58,678 bases of DNA from Christensenella sp. UBA6406 (GCA_002438625.1 DJPS01000016.1:1-58678), one strand, 5' to 3'. Numbered from the stretch's first letter, positions 31,701-37,643 are shown. Program-made: numbers and translations. Notes: generated by a model from the sequence alone, not told the origin.

Positions 31701-31886
31701 GACCGTAACTTCAAAATTAGCCGTGCTTAAATCACCGCCTTCGCCTTCACTATCATCTAGCCTTATTGTTACTTCATCAACTGTTGATGTTATTTTCGTT
31801 CCTATCTTAACTTCTCCGCAACCAGACACAAACACTGATACGCAAAAGAATAAAAATATTAGACTTAAAGCAAATCTTTTCTTCAT
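16743..31886 (-). CDS. Giant (5047 aa) surface lipoprotein, paralogue of the 3956-aa protein, with Ig-like domains, many GLUG-motif beta-helix modules and a Gly/Cys-rich C-terminal tail
   Basis: A single uninterrupted ORF. The lipobox is VSG-C (MKKRFALSLIFLFFCVSVFVSGC). The N-terminal region is collinear with the 3956-aa protein (IDATNATSAGSL vs IDATNATVAGKF; TLTPSSVLEEN vs SLSPSSVLLED). Abundant VGG(L/F/I)(V/I)G repeats are present. The SD AAGGAG precedes ATG 31886. Confidence 0.85.
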   Translation of the reverse strand: MKKRFALSLIFLFFCVSVFVSGCGEVKIGTKITSTVDEVTIRLDDSEGEGGDLSTANFEVTVNEFKNSHIVFRVENEGVVLVSSERKYDRYSVTVTGLKAGQAKVVAFLTENSKVHKDILVNVIQPIKSMALVTGYTHYVAIGHKNAIRPNESMMIAPIDGNVSEIKYSIESNPQNLNVTIDENTGVIDATNATSAGSLVVKAKVSDEVFANIPVNVIKGVDKEDVTIRRVYSTDNDSLILYQNGQAIYDTLTMVKTIEYYSEFVFEIDYTANIMNQNLTISKNGESVTAEKLSVNKVAVKAVGLGKSAITLKFSIDGAEDFIEPLEITFNVSVIESPYDINVNGESSKANGGEFNKTIYNRYASGDYGMAFRFTLTPSSVLEENADILIEFEDTLAVQNSLLILDSEGNRLGAILDASGSVVGFEPFTVKAGETIYIKSTLSTVAQNTKYSFTATSQIAKVYNKGDEVKAKVNLTVLEGIQELTTGQSTIYVEKGEGSGSGSVIYLGTGNNAGDTSGITYKIDNDNIRILKQSNTEYVVYGLKAGESEITFDSGNGHYLTIKIIVYGKLESAIILGDNQFENGSIGEKVVDGQGSLSYVSAKIKGGFSTSVKVNDDASVALIRYEVNAQGQQYVSVSNNTGYVSILGVGRAVVTVYIYGYNEFGVVQDDEALTKTFSVEGYIPINNVAINYASATLKDYTTVGYNNISKHSQLKLNLSIYPNNASIKEEDIAWEIVGSSGSISEFNGLMTTFTAGPILDSDRDSEVVTVVAYVKDKGRTYSANCVIEVVKAVMVQDIKFVNVFNSEIYFDARDGLASYDNENNLVGTRNSYNVQAVAYPNDAFNKNLKYIYIQNRNDDNAVPVFTVSSDGRVMPLRGGVATLRVVAEDSYVDLDHMSLYRDIQIVVADGSSIDTAYRITDSNDLIAIGENTNSMSLHYVLANDIDLSKISSWTPIGAYDRPFTGYLSGKYKIGYNQIEITSKITGLSIDANVSGSNNAYVGLFASINCGQIVDLEVECSKFNINASNLNADLYVGILAGVVRQTIDDTIDRNEKVKKTKIENISVKSLVDNVDNYCINLAQKSNFVGGAFGFIENGVNVTLGGGFTAVDLKHLKVVDNGAITDNDIYVGGFAGAIQSNVYINSANEITSILSATVTGSLSGNATSGDNGKIIYQSYFGNGGLDVVLGELIVEDAGYASSAVGGFIGSAIVDYSTATTAEGEDDSSIDFKAKSAEDFFNKIMIKDVGVSANIVANSILNVGGIVGANDYYINNAYFTGKIKGKSNVGGISGVSTNQISDSVVETGNELAIVGEDKVGGLVGFMDSQERGLIAYENESKTSVINIEIKSIISFSYISTAFKGNAISGSGSIGTIAGFVTNGFVLGCYSDIVATSGKMIGVANGADVRFSFANGATLGVINAVSSYYYISEADNSYNESNLINATYNDVKLWVKPGTTIVVNGKNVDLDESLNGGRLIICRPNELPLFSVLYDMMSVTVKEGGDKFVKVDDSKAVLFYYELDASFESNLSSDKKYEFRQIAGNLNVVNLSDVLDVEVFPIPFSAVRLNVVAKDAKGNESKIVSVNANGTITIKGEGLVLLEISSVVNPSLKTTIQIYVTNFVSAFKLYSGTNASGVEYDNGATISIRKDFKLDAFAKILSTLNDVEFKQSERMGLTIEMQSKASNTYIEGTTSYYTAIGGKVYKAEVVGSDVVFKDLTGGTVVFEAGEDGTINLFMSYNGGKYPIYQNMYTSYFDFGQFTVNQQEFSATYYIEIDDVKHYATMSNNNLVFNDLDVDKLILDKVSKDGKVGYGVYYNGRCYPVYVDKITMDVDSVGTLSFEGIKSYSNEIIFKPFIKAQFVDELNVVVTQNVYASNKQINAKNANINIYEGAINIEASVDSVVYSPSDTISFEVFMISDSKNDGLTAFVSCGDDYLNLSLNYQSTTMLEDGTYKIIYLLNANLENSFTARYLTENKSYDVTFVSDLIADKTKNITLTFAPQQVQRLDVLNYTSGEIKQNSDGEFVYNRNEVASLDIASNSMGMLSINMFPFYSNVDMVTVESEEVNGEKITFTQLVANKYGDGTGGYSAIKPRSQYTDDGKAMILQKYSNVYDEEKSFDGNFYVRTLISDNLPEGTILPVKVTAYTYDENGVLQVSAVKTIDLNVKEIPFVKVELEEESTTHYVVRGTTTNLKVTMGRTFAGQTYNPTAVLDNEELMLSESEVEKVIYTQSNNYDIVNGREVYKDTIYVGIGIPSGTKITVLVVVDYEENGISKSVYSELELIVIDYLIDDIDLYSFNNESNYLRMNMQEYYEIGVSKIFFKSAPTFEVARRMYSSLSTESEGIYNGYFYGTIKLASGKKLYLAKSYNEFVFMNASGTNFEGKRFVYDDDYNLVLKSDSSITLNSLLPATATFELGLEAKMGKLENSIRYDISKFSKKISNNVYGSVETEITPNSKFYIKEDVSTGKAYLIGLSTGSNFGLKYTLKYGFDEYDNYNIKVYSDYDLPETFMIFEQEYSFNIVTFSDMDLPLPVYTQADFEGMTAGEHYILMNDITLTAYKPISTAISSFDGNGYSLIIKTFDIEAVASGNSIELGLFGTISEGTIIKNVTVNISELNSIDLSAYSSINIGFFALYNNGIVTNCAVSYESLSSGEVSYDRSTVINGVEIETVSTMKTLEIKTTANIGGTDTDLTMGAFVLDNNGDITNSRVGEDNNAFIQLKVKGSVAGFAYTNSGHIASSFVSNLFVYNTNPSATDSKTAGFVVRNQGEIMFSYVKGGFILENYRSKYGALISNGNIGGFVYENNGDISDSYSNITLSSNARTGGFVFSNESSGTIKTSYSASKVLTNSALHMPFIGVDAKSNVQNQNPNGIENCYYLKLGDEAYETSSLGEGVVALTSEEFAVELKFNNFSFSVTDVYDSVWTMEQGYPELVSANDIAKSTRAMVRYDDGTFTYIFGVNAHLGAKTNPYLIANAEDFNFYFNQDYKETDKVIDNKYYRIISNIDFNDVAGDNMTKDVTLCNVSIDGNGYKLSNIRINSSANDSETLSIGLFKKIYADSANGKFTTIKNLSLHILEANALNVSYMGGLAGIVEDTNILNINVSSDSVMQAYNVVGGLAGIISGQSVLNRINSSASVQAVYKASEKQEKPLVYDKQENVRKISHAGSVAGIADLSTELPYEEFVLMNNANIKFVSVSGDVSVSGEYVGGVFGYLGESSAVYDISFEVKYDDSENRQQIYSTYCAGGIVGVNYGSINHAKVRHSDENQAKVDNAIKTYLKTGATGNFGKTNLFNGKLWYVGGVVGINYGGIVTNSYTRVDIVDPNISSDLDEVTEQYFGGLVGVTYGGEISSAYASGNIVTKASETEENDNYYAGGLIGRVNYLAGRVIKDQDNKTNPYVITLRTLYALNYWDYSTAKTTFRTDGTNYYAGTYVGYVSPIEDSKITTDVGALYSINQIKFNGKNLFSGSNGVSGSVALRMVGKNDANLLGNSSELDYELERSLSSITLNDIYEIDSTNFAHVTTFLLELLNVSGGSIWDRYWGEYPELRLGNKLNEEEIYTAEQLIKAINESPYKTFRIMNDLDFSGVTSFVKRTFTGKLLSARTDDKDNLISTNFYNIDYTALFAPANKNENIGFFVSTKRATISEINFFIIGANYSSTYVERFGVVSAQDEASSLNNVRVICVSNPQVTSSNAKALSLGTLKINGCKVGGIVGDVSGTIVLNSCSFSGNIELINNYTPTHNLYFGGLIGYSAIVKLYDRTTFGYFDFATNMQFGVYTQKTATEEYAFRLVSEVSLTSLPSGSSTVKVSETDSKCDNLYVGGLVGFNGSMLIANNASIQGRTNSNITISVDASAKYIRVGGLAGRIDSGNIRNFYAYVNVNCSSGEWAYVGGLLGESTNAVISSVYLGAFNNNSKVNVENINSIAKVGGIVGSSIVTSMNASNLSNQTNAYVDIDFSGNAKYLAMGGIYGEFHNYAKTNQAIQNNRINAYGTLNANTAQFMYVGGLVGNNVLKVLDSNDSSATSINYSYSGMEISIYSNKIAYVGGIIGNAENLSLNNLVLSGDETSYKDSGSLEIKNCVASGYIDISTGSKFEHIYAGGIAGDTRDSISNTTILTTIVKPEYGNENKNKYNIDVLAGVNNYKGGNNGITVVDEVTGSRFESSKLLTSDDNTIRFANSDSYNILDYVDFLDEFDRSADMMYQYIKEFITIKSGTVFNPIRVSSSSGILSSSKTYHLLTRDITVTSSKSINGVFAGNYKQITVSDSLFSKIGKYGVVGNFAVKTTSSSGISSAMVADTSNGVVHDLYATGKVQGSSVGGVVTTNNGMILNVIADIEVISSGTSGIIASTSEDGTIFNCFTLGGLVVDSGNYAGTFVGRSENTLFKFVNSVTSLDTTLSSRNAGVVGYADSKTKFVYCSFDPQAVTRNSIATSTSSLKTLAFDRYLSDTINTGSSYYLLYATNKNTNNVCRNSTKNFGYAYFPRFDSFIRTTITGGYTYVNNFSAFYKLMDTDYKAGVKIKLAYNINQHGFDVKGETKKAWNPKSAAGFSGTLDGNNKKLKGIAIDSKKVSNGDNSALMMGFLYVIDNATITNLDLQLESAGSNMMTEYERYYSSSSASTNVMFADMSKYLSYSGGLCAIASKSTISKVKVSFLTTTKLTANVVGGLVGYAESTNITSCETSNLSVTAYDMIAKATSSGDAIYARNLGLAGGICGAMSDGNLTSSKNNGCTVTGDSALDANFYETVLMNNSVDKVSASNVQATVSFKTFTLQKNETIKILTNFDYTDGNNGFNASPVGGLVAYANNVNISSCSNSGKVVTGHAGNGDNAKGFDPETKKGMKGGNGGNVIAGGIVGINANCNLSGNTNSGSFDFVSDGDHGTAAGRGGNGSDGKDDATSCCYGRTNHIQCPLSHGDWGKGVHSCSDVTKGNDGGNGGNGGYAFIGNSYGATSLNPSSSSYKASGSTIDLQCAPGGDGGKGTKGGDGSHFKAEFFGVLLWEGYHAGKNSGRSGNGGYNGNKVNGDDGTVGEYDVDVGGEEQSGGAGAQGEPSYLQN

Positions 31887-32029
31887 AAATTTCTCCTTAA
31901 TTTAAATTGCCCAAAATAGCAATTTTTACATATGTAAATTAACAAAATTTTTAAAAACTTAAATAAACTTCAAATATTGTATTTAAATTTTTGATAAACT
32001 TATGCCAAATCACTTACACTTACAAAGTA

Positions 32030-32058
32030 AGTGTACAAAAATATTGCAAAAAAGTCAA
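32030..32058 (-). promoter_or_regulatory. Candidate promoter of the 5047-aa gene, overlapped by a 9+3+9 palindrome
   Basis: On the minus strand: TTGACT (32058..32053), a 17-nt spacer, then TACACT (32035..32030). The -10 lies inside the perfect palindrome TACACTTAC-nnn-GTAAGTGTA (32015..32035). Confidence 0.4.
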
Positions 32059-32244
32059 ACTATTTGGCGAAAAATGTTAAACTTTTTACTTGAAAACGCA
32101 ATAACTTTATGCTAAAATTAAATAATTAAACAAAGCAGGGCATTTTTGCCAACTTTTACGGCTATTTTTGCCAAAATTAAAAACATTTAAATTGGTAAAA
32201 ATAATAATGCAAAATACACAAATAAGGAGATATAAAAAAAATTA

Positions 32245-33036
32245 ATGAGTATACAAAAAATATGTTCACTTGTTAGACGAGCGATTGATGACTATGATAT
32301 GATACAAGATGGGGATAAGATTGCCATTGGTCTTTCAGGCGGTAAAGATAGCATAACGCTTGCTTCAACATTAAAATACTTCCAAAGATTTAGCCCGCAA
32401 AAATATGATTTAATTGCAATTATAATTGATTTGTTTGATGGCAAAACAGACTATTCAAAATTAACTGACTATTTAGATTCAATAGGATTAGATTATAAAA
32501 TTGTAAACTCACACATTTATGATGTTGTATTCAACATTCGCAAAGAAAGCAACCCTTGCTCTCTATGTGCAAAATTAAGGCGAGGCATTTTAAACACGGA
32601 AGCGAAGAAATTAGGTTGCAACAAAATTGCACTTGGGCACACAGCGGATGATTTAGATGAAACTTTTTTCCTAAGTCTTTTCTATGAAGGAAGAATAAGC
32701 ACCTTTTCGCCCGTATCTTATTTAAGTCAAGTTGATGCAACAGTTATCCGCCCACTTATCTATGTAGATGAAACAATAACAACAGCATTTGCACAAGATA
32801 AGCCCGTTGTTTTCAACTGTTGCCCAGCAGACAAAAACACAAAAAGACAATTTATAAAAGATATGATTGACGATTTAGCGGAAAAAATTCCAAACAGCAA
32901 AAAGCGAATTCACGATGCATTAATCCACACAGAAAGAGTGAACTTAATTAAACCCATACCACGCTATCAGCAAGCCTATGAAATAGAAAAGAAAGCAAAA
33001 GAGGAAAAGAAGAAAAAATTGCCAAAGTATGAATAA
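32245..33036 (+). CDS. ttcA: PP-loop ATPase, tRNA 2-thiocytidine synthase TtcA-like
   Basis: The PP-loop motif SGGKDS is present, together with CSLCAKLRRG and a later CC-containing motif typical of TtcA-family tRNA thiolases. Its length is 263 aa. Confidence 0.65.
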   Translation: MSIQKICSLVRRAIDDYDMIQDGDKIAIGLSGGKDSITLASTLKYFQRFSPQKYDLIAIIIDLFDGKTDYSKLTDYLDSIGLDYKIVNSHIYDVVFNIRKESNPCSLCAKLRRGILNTEAKKLGCNKIALGHTADDLDETFFLSLFYEGRISTFSPVSYLSQVDATVIRPLIYVDETITTAFAQDKPVVFNCCPADKNTKRQFIKDMIDDLAEKIPNSKKRIHDALIHTERVNLIKPIPRYQQAYEIEKKAKEEKKKKLPKYE

Positions 33037-33152
33037 ATTAAAACTTAATTATAATCTATTAAAAAAGGATTGTTTTAATTATTAAAAATTGCATAAAAAT
33101 TTCATCTTAATTTAGAAATGGTAAAGTCAATAAAAACCCCGCTAAAATAGTG

Positions 33153-33193
33153 AAAAACCGCCGTATAACACATAAAATTTACAGCGGTTTTTT
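33153..33193. terminator. Bidirectional intrinsic terminator between the ttcA-like gene and spoIIID
   Basis: AAAAACCGC (33153..33161) pairs with GCGGTTTTT (33184..33192), so there are U-tracts on both strands. The loop is long, at about 22 nt. Confidence 0.5.
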
Positions 33194-33194
33194 C

Positions 33195-33464
33195 TTAAAT
33201 TGAATTTTTATTTATAAATTTTTCTGCATACATTTTTCGTGTTGCCTCGCCACCCCTTATGTGTTTTGTTGCAAAGTTTTCACTTAAAATGCGATGAACT
33301 TCTAAATATAGTTCCAAACTTAAACTTTTAAGCTTTTTCGTTACACTATAATGCACTGTGCTTTTGCTTATGCCAAAAACTTCCGCAGTTTTCCTAACGG
33401 TCGCCTTTGTAGATATAATATATTTGGCAAGCGTTATTGCCCTGTCATCAATCGTTTTATACAT
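33195..33464 (-). CDS. spoIIID: Stage III sporulation transcription factor SpoIIID
   Basis: The HTH core TVRKTAEVFGISKSTVHYSV and the C-terminal HIRGGEATRKMY closely match the SpoIIID pattern (VSKSTVHKDL ... RGGEAT). The second ATG (33464) has better SD spacing than the track start at 33470. Confidence 0.85.
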   Translation of the reverse strand: MYKTIDDRAITLAKYIISTKATVRKTAEVFGISKSTVHYSVTKKLKSLSLELYLEVHRILSENFATKHIRGGEATRKMYAEKFINKNSI

Positions 33465-33587
33465 ACACATTTCCCCTTTATTTCTAAAATTATTCTACTA
33501 TATGCGATGCTTATACAATTTATGACAAAATCTCCCACTTAAAAAAATGCTTGCACAATTTAATTTGCAAACATTTATAAAAATCTA

Positions 33588-34109
33588 TCACATTATTTTA
33601 TTTGCACTTACAGTTTCTAAAAGCCTGTTAAATATTTCTAAATGCTCTTTCTCATCATCAATTATGGAAAGAATTGTTTGCACAACTTTTTCATCTGTTG
33701 TAGTTTCAATTAAATCCATATAATTTTTAATTGCCAACTTTTCACTTTCTATATTTTGCTTTAAAAACACTTTTGGACAAGTTTCATAGTTAGCCCATTT
33801 TGTTATGTAAAAATTTTTATTTGCATCAATGAAAATTGGCTCTTCACCCATTGAAACAAGCAAGTTAGATAACTTTTGCACGTGCTCCATTTCATCTTGA
33901 GAAATTTCTAAAATTGCATTTCTCATCTTTTCATCAAGTGCAACAAATGATTGAAATAAATATGTAAAAACAGCACTTAACTCCCCATCCTTGCCACTTA
34001 TATTTTCCCTTATCCTATCCGCAAGCGTATAACTTTTAGGTGCATTTTGTGCATTGCAACCACAGTTGCATCTACAATTTGGATTTTGACAATTTCGTTT
34101 AAATAGCAT
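33588..34109 (-). CDS. Ferritin-like / Mn-catalase (CotJC-like) family protein with a Cys-rich N-terminal extension
   Basis: The di-metal helix motifs have ELSAV..Y and EISQDEMEHVQ spacing, plus a later EKEH. The N-terminus is NCQNPNCRCNCGCN. Confidence 0.5.
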   Translation of the reverse strand: MLFKRNCQNPNCRCNCGCNAQNAPKSYTLADRIRENISGKDGELSAVFTYLFQSFVALDEKMRNAILEISQDEMEHVQKLSNLLVSMGEEPIFIDANKNFYITKWANYETCPKVFLKQNIESEKLAIKNYMDLIETTTDEKVVQTILSIIDDEKEHLEIFNRLLETVSANKIM

Positions 34110-34319
34110 ATATCATTTACTCCTTTACTGATTAATTTATGCAACACCCGCAAATTATGTGCCAATTTAAAAGATAGCAAATTTAAATATAGAAACAAAA
34201 GACACAAAAAAATTTTGGCAAAACAAAATTTACCAAAATCTTTCTTTTGCAAAAAATCCTTTATAACAAATTAAAAATGATAAAAATAAACTTTCAAAAT
34301 TAATTTAATCTTTCGTTAA

Positions 34320-34550
34320 TTAATTAGATTTCTTAGCTTCAATATATTTAACTATGTCACCAACAGTCTTTAAATTAACCGCTTCTTCATCTGGTATAGC
34401 AATGCCAAAATTATCTTCTAGTGTCATAAGCATTTCAACTGTATCAAGTGAATCCGCTCCCAAATCTTCAACTATCCTTTTATCTTCTGTAATGCTATTT
34501 TCATCAATATGCATTTGTTCAGCGATTAGTTTTTTTACTTCTTCAAACAT
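34320..34550 (-). CDS. acpP: Acyl carrier protein
   Basis: The phosphopantetheine attachment motif LGADSLDTVE is present. The protein is 76 aa from ATG 34550, with AAAGGAG 5 nt upstream. The track start at 34592 is a longer upstream extension. Confidence 0.85.
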   Translation of the reverse strand: MFEEVKKLIAEQMHIDENSITEDKRIVEDLGADSLDTVEMLMTLEDNFGIAIPDEEAVNLKTVGDIVKYIEAKKSN

Positions 34551-34803
34551 AAAAATCTCCTTTTGTAATTTACCTTTATTATTATACAACAACTTTTACA
34601 TTTTTACAAGCATTTAAGCATTATTTTTTCGCTACCGCAAAATTTTAATTTTAGACACATCCTAAAAACGCTTAAACATTGTAACTCTACTTTTCTTACC
34701 CTTTTATTTCAATTTAAAGAAAAAAGCAATAATGCAAATATTAATTTATTTATTAACACCACATTAAATGCTTAAATCTTTCAACAATTATTTATTCTCT
34801 ATT

Positions 34804-35391
34804 TTATTTTTCAGCGAATGCTATATAATCGTTTGGATTAACTTTCACGCCATCTCTGTAAAACTCAAAATGTAAATGTGCTCCATCTGTGTGTTCGCCA
34901 TTTGCACTTGTGCCAACTTGCCCTATAACATCGCCAGATTTAACAGTGTCGCCAACTTTAACTTTTACATCGCTATCTAAACTGCTATACAAACTTTTCA
35001 TATTGTTGCTATGCTCTATAACTATAACAGTGCCTTCTAAATAGTTTGTATAAACTTGTGTAACTTTACCATCTGCAACTGCCACAACATTTGCCCCCGC
35101 TTCTGCGCCCAAATCAATCGCTTTATGTGCTTCCCACCTTTTAAGTGTTGCATTATACATTAATTCAGTATCAGAATATTCCTTTATAACTGTAAAATCT
35201 TTAAGTGGCACATTATAAGTAATTGATGGCACATCAACTGGCACAGTTGGTTCTTTCCCATCATCCTTGATATTGCCCGCACCACCTGACGCAATAGCAA
35301 CAACCGCCACAACAAGTGCAACAACTGCCACCGCTATAATGTATAACATATTAGATTTTATAAAGTTCGCAAATCTATTTCTTTTTTGCAT
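34804..35391 (-). CDS. Membrane-anchored M23/LytM family metallopeptidase (SpoIIQ-like by architecture and proximity to spoIIID)
   Basis: An N-terminal TM segment is present (LYIIAVAVVALVVAVVAIA). The LytM motifs HKAIDL and HLHFE are intact. Confidence 0.65.
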   Translation of the reverse strand: MQKRNRFANFIKSNMLYIIAVAVVALVVAVVAIASGGAGNIKDDGKEPTVPVDVPSITYNVPLKDFTVIKEYSDTELMYNATLKRWEAHKAIDLGAEAGANVVAVADGKVTQVYTNYLEGTVIVIEHSNNMKSLYSSLDSDVKVKVGDTVKSGDVIGQVGTSANGEHTDGAHLHFEFYRDGVKVNPNDYIAFAEK

Positions 35392-35511
35392 TTTTTCTTC
35401 CTCCTATACTCAAATTATTGCCACCATTTATGAGTTTATACATACATTTTTAATTTTTTCTTAAAATTATATTTATATTGATTTAATTTATTATTTATTA
35501 TAAAGTTAAAA

Positions 35512-35988
35512 TCAATAACTTCCAAGAATTAAAGGAAAACCCACACATACAATATTGCCACGCTTAGCAATTTGAATATTTACTTCTTCTCCATACAATG
35601 AAACACTTTCCCCAAATCCTTCGTTAAACCCATAAATTGTTGAAAATGAATCAAATATTTCAGTTTTAACCATTTTAAAATTTGTTCTTTGCAAAAAATC
35701 ACTATATTGTTGCTCATCCGCCTCAAACTCAATGCTTTTTCCATATATTTTATTTATGTCAAAACTATCAAGCAATTCAAGTTCGTTTTGATTAAGTGCA
35801 ATTATGCCACCTTCTCCATTTTTTATATAATGACTATCACTTACTTGCTCCGCATTATTTAATGAAACATAAAAATAATATTTAGGATTTGCACATTCTT
35901 CTAGTGAGAAATTAACCGCATCATATTTACAAAAACCCACCATAATAAAACATAATATAAATGCTACAAATATAAAAAACTTACGCAT
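35512..35988 (-). CDS. Hypothetical exported or membrane-anchored protein
   Basis: There is an N-terminal hydrophobic signal or anchor (MRKFFIFVAFILCFIMVGFC). I recognised no family. Confidence 0.5.
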   Translation of the reverse strand: MRKFFIFVAFILCFIMVGFCKYDAVNFSLEECANPKYYFYVSLNNAEQVSDSHYIKNGEGGIIALNQNELELLDSFDINKIYGKSIEFEADEQQYSDFLQRTNFKMVKTEIFDSFSTIYGFNEGFGESVSLYGEEVNIQIAKRGNIVCVGFPLILGSY

Positions 35989-36162
35989 ATCTTACCTACC
36001 AACTTTTTAAATGTTTGCCAAATATAAAAAATTTAAACAAAAAAATGAGTGATTAATTTTAACTTAACTAATCACACACACTTTTTAAAAATTTTACCAT
36101 AACCCCATTACATAAGACTAAAATGAATTAATTTAATTTTGAATATTTATAGATTAATAATT

Positions 36163-37437
36163 TTAATTATAGAAATCTAACACACCTAAATTTCTCATAA
36201 TCTTTAAAAGACACTTTTGCTCCACCACATCAGCACTAAAATAAACACTTTGCATAACTACTTCTTTATTTACGCCACTTAAAAAAGCATAACCACTATC
36301 ATTAAATAAATCTAAAGCCTTAAACATCAATTTATCAACCAACTTATTGATAACTTCAATTTTATTAAGTATTTTATCATTAAATCTTTTAAGCAAATAC
36401 ATTTCCCTATCTGTTACAGGTTCATCTAAAACAAACTCCAAATTCGCATTTCTAAATGTAACATCAAACAAACTCGCCCGCTTGTCTATATCAAAATAGG
36501 AATTGCCAATATAATTTAAATTAAGCAAAAAATCTTTATACAACTTTATGTAAACTTGCGTTGCCACCGCCTTTAACGCATTTACACTTAACTTACTCTT
36601 CTTGTCTAAATATTTATAAACGCTTGAAAACAACCCTTCCTTATCCACAAGTTCAACATTTGACCTATCAATTAAATCGGCAATTTCCAAACTTAAATCC
36701 ATAATGCTAAGTGCATCATTTTTACTTAAATCTATTGCATTATCTAATATTTTATTAAGTTTATCATAAACGCCAACCACTTTTCTTTCAAACTCTGCAT
36801 AACCATTATCCTTACATAAGCAACAATTTATGTAAAGTTCAGCCACCGCCCCAAGTTTCTCCACAATGTTAAAAACGGCATCTACAATTTTATTTCTATC
36901 CAAGCTATTTGATATTTCTTCACTATCAATAAATAAAAACTCCACTCCACAAGTCCATACAGTTTTAAGCACACCATTTTCACAAAACTCACTCATAGGC
37001 AAAAAGGCATCCAAAGAACAAAACTGATTAATAAACCCAATTAATTGCATATTATTCACTTTTGCCAAACACTTTGCCACACCAATTTCAAAGTCCCCGC
37101 CAAAGCCCACACAAAACCTAATTGACTCATCAATAGTTTTTCCAAGTTCTAAAACCATTTGCTTATCAAATTTATCCACGGCAATCCTAACAGGTTCAAA
37201 CTCTATCTCCTTGCTCTCAAAACTAAAATTTATGTAACTACTTTCACTTTCAATTATTAAAACCTTTTGATGCTTTGCTTTTAAATTTATTAGTTCAACC
37301 ATTTTTTCAAATGCATTAACACCAAAAAATTTAGAAAAATATATTCCATTACGTTCTGCACTCCCGCCACTAATAACTTGCATTTTCTTTTCAATCTTTT
37401 CTTCCATTTCATTTTCTCTATAAATTTGATTAACCAT
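36163..37437 (-). CDS. Hypothetical cytoplasmic protein, possibly a divergent dehydroquinate-synthase/Fe-ADH-fold member
   Basis: The motif CVGFGGDFEIGVAKCLA resembles the GGGS.(I/D)..K glycine loop of the GldA/AraM/Fe-ADH fold. The preferred start is ATG 37437, with GGTGGGGGA 6 nt upstream. The track start at 37482 lacks an SD. Confidence 0.4.
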   Translation of the reverse strand: MVNQIYRENEMEEKIEKKMQVISGGSAERNGIYFSKFFGVNAFEKMVELINLKAKHQKVLIIESESSYINFSFESKEIEFEPVRIAVDKFDKQMVLELGKTIDESIRFCVGFGGDFEIGVAKCLAKVNNMQLIGFINQFCSLDAFLPMSEFCENGVLKTVWTCGVEFLFIDSEEISNSLDRNKIVDAVFNIVEKLGAVAELYINCCLCKDNGYAEFERKVVGVYDKLNKILDNAIDLSKNDALSIMDLSLEIADLIDRSNVELVDKEGLFSSVYKYLDKKSKLSVNALKAVATQVYIKLYKDFLLNLNYIGNSYFDIDKRASLFDVTFRNANLEFVLDEPVTDREMYLLKRFNDKILNKIEVINKLVDKLMFKALDLFNDSGYAFLSGVNKEVVMQSVYFSADVVEQKCLLKIMRNLGVLDFYN

Positions 37438-37554
37438 ATAATGTCCCCCACCTTTATAGTCAATTCTATCATAAATAGACATAAAAAAATAAACTAATTC
37501 TATCTAAAAAACACTATTTTTGCCACTTTTTAGCGGTTAAAATAATTAAACTAC

Positions 37555-37591
37555 AAAAAAGTTATAAGTAAAAATTGCTTATAACTTTTTT
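37555..37591 (-). terminator. Intrinsic terminator downstream of the 786-aa membrane protein gene
   Basis: AAAAAAGTTATAAG pairs with CTTATAACTTTTTT across a 9-nt loop. U-tracts are present on both strands. Confidence 0.6.
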
Positions 37592-37643
37592 ATCTTGCGA
37601 CGATTAACATGAAAATCTAACACTGATCAAGTGAAGAATTTAT

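Noticed and set aside
7353-31905. Numerous 60-100-aa plus-strand ORFs listed inside the two giant genes (for example 7353..7574, 8114..8404, 15054..15332, 20701..20925, 31249..31473).
   Set aside because: All are antisense to long uninterrupted minus-strand ORFs with a clear protein repeat structure. They lack SD sequences and translate to low-complexity Leu/Ser/Phe/Ile-rich strings, as expected from the reverse complement of AT-rich coding DNA.
31887-32244. Searched for a second copy of the 22-bp inverton repeat, or for another homopolymer tract, upstream of the 5047-aa gene.
   Set aside because: I found none by eye, only the two palindromes reported separately. A computational search for the 22-mer across the whole window and genome is still needed, because I could not exhaustively scan the 27 kb of giant-gene coding sequence.
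34010-34252. ORF 34010..34252 overlapping the 5' end of the ferritin-like gene, and similar same-strand overlapping ORFs (37290..37472, 41441..41626, 42557..42751, 57068..57301).
   Set aside because: Each lies in an alternative frame of a longer ORF with recognisable motifs or topology. None has an SD or features of its own.
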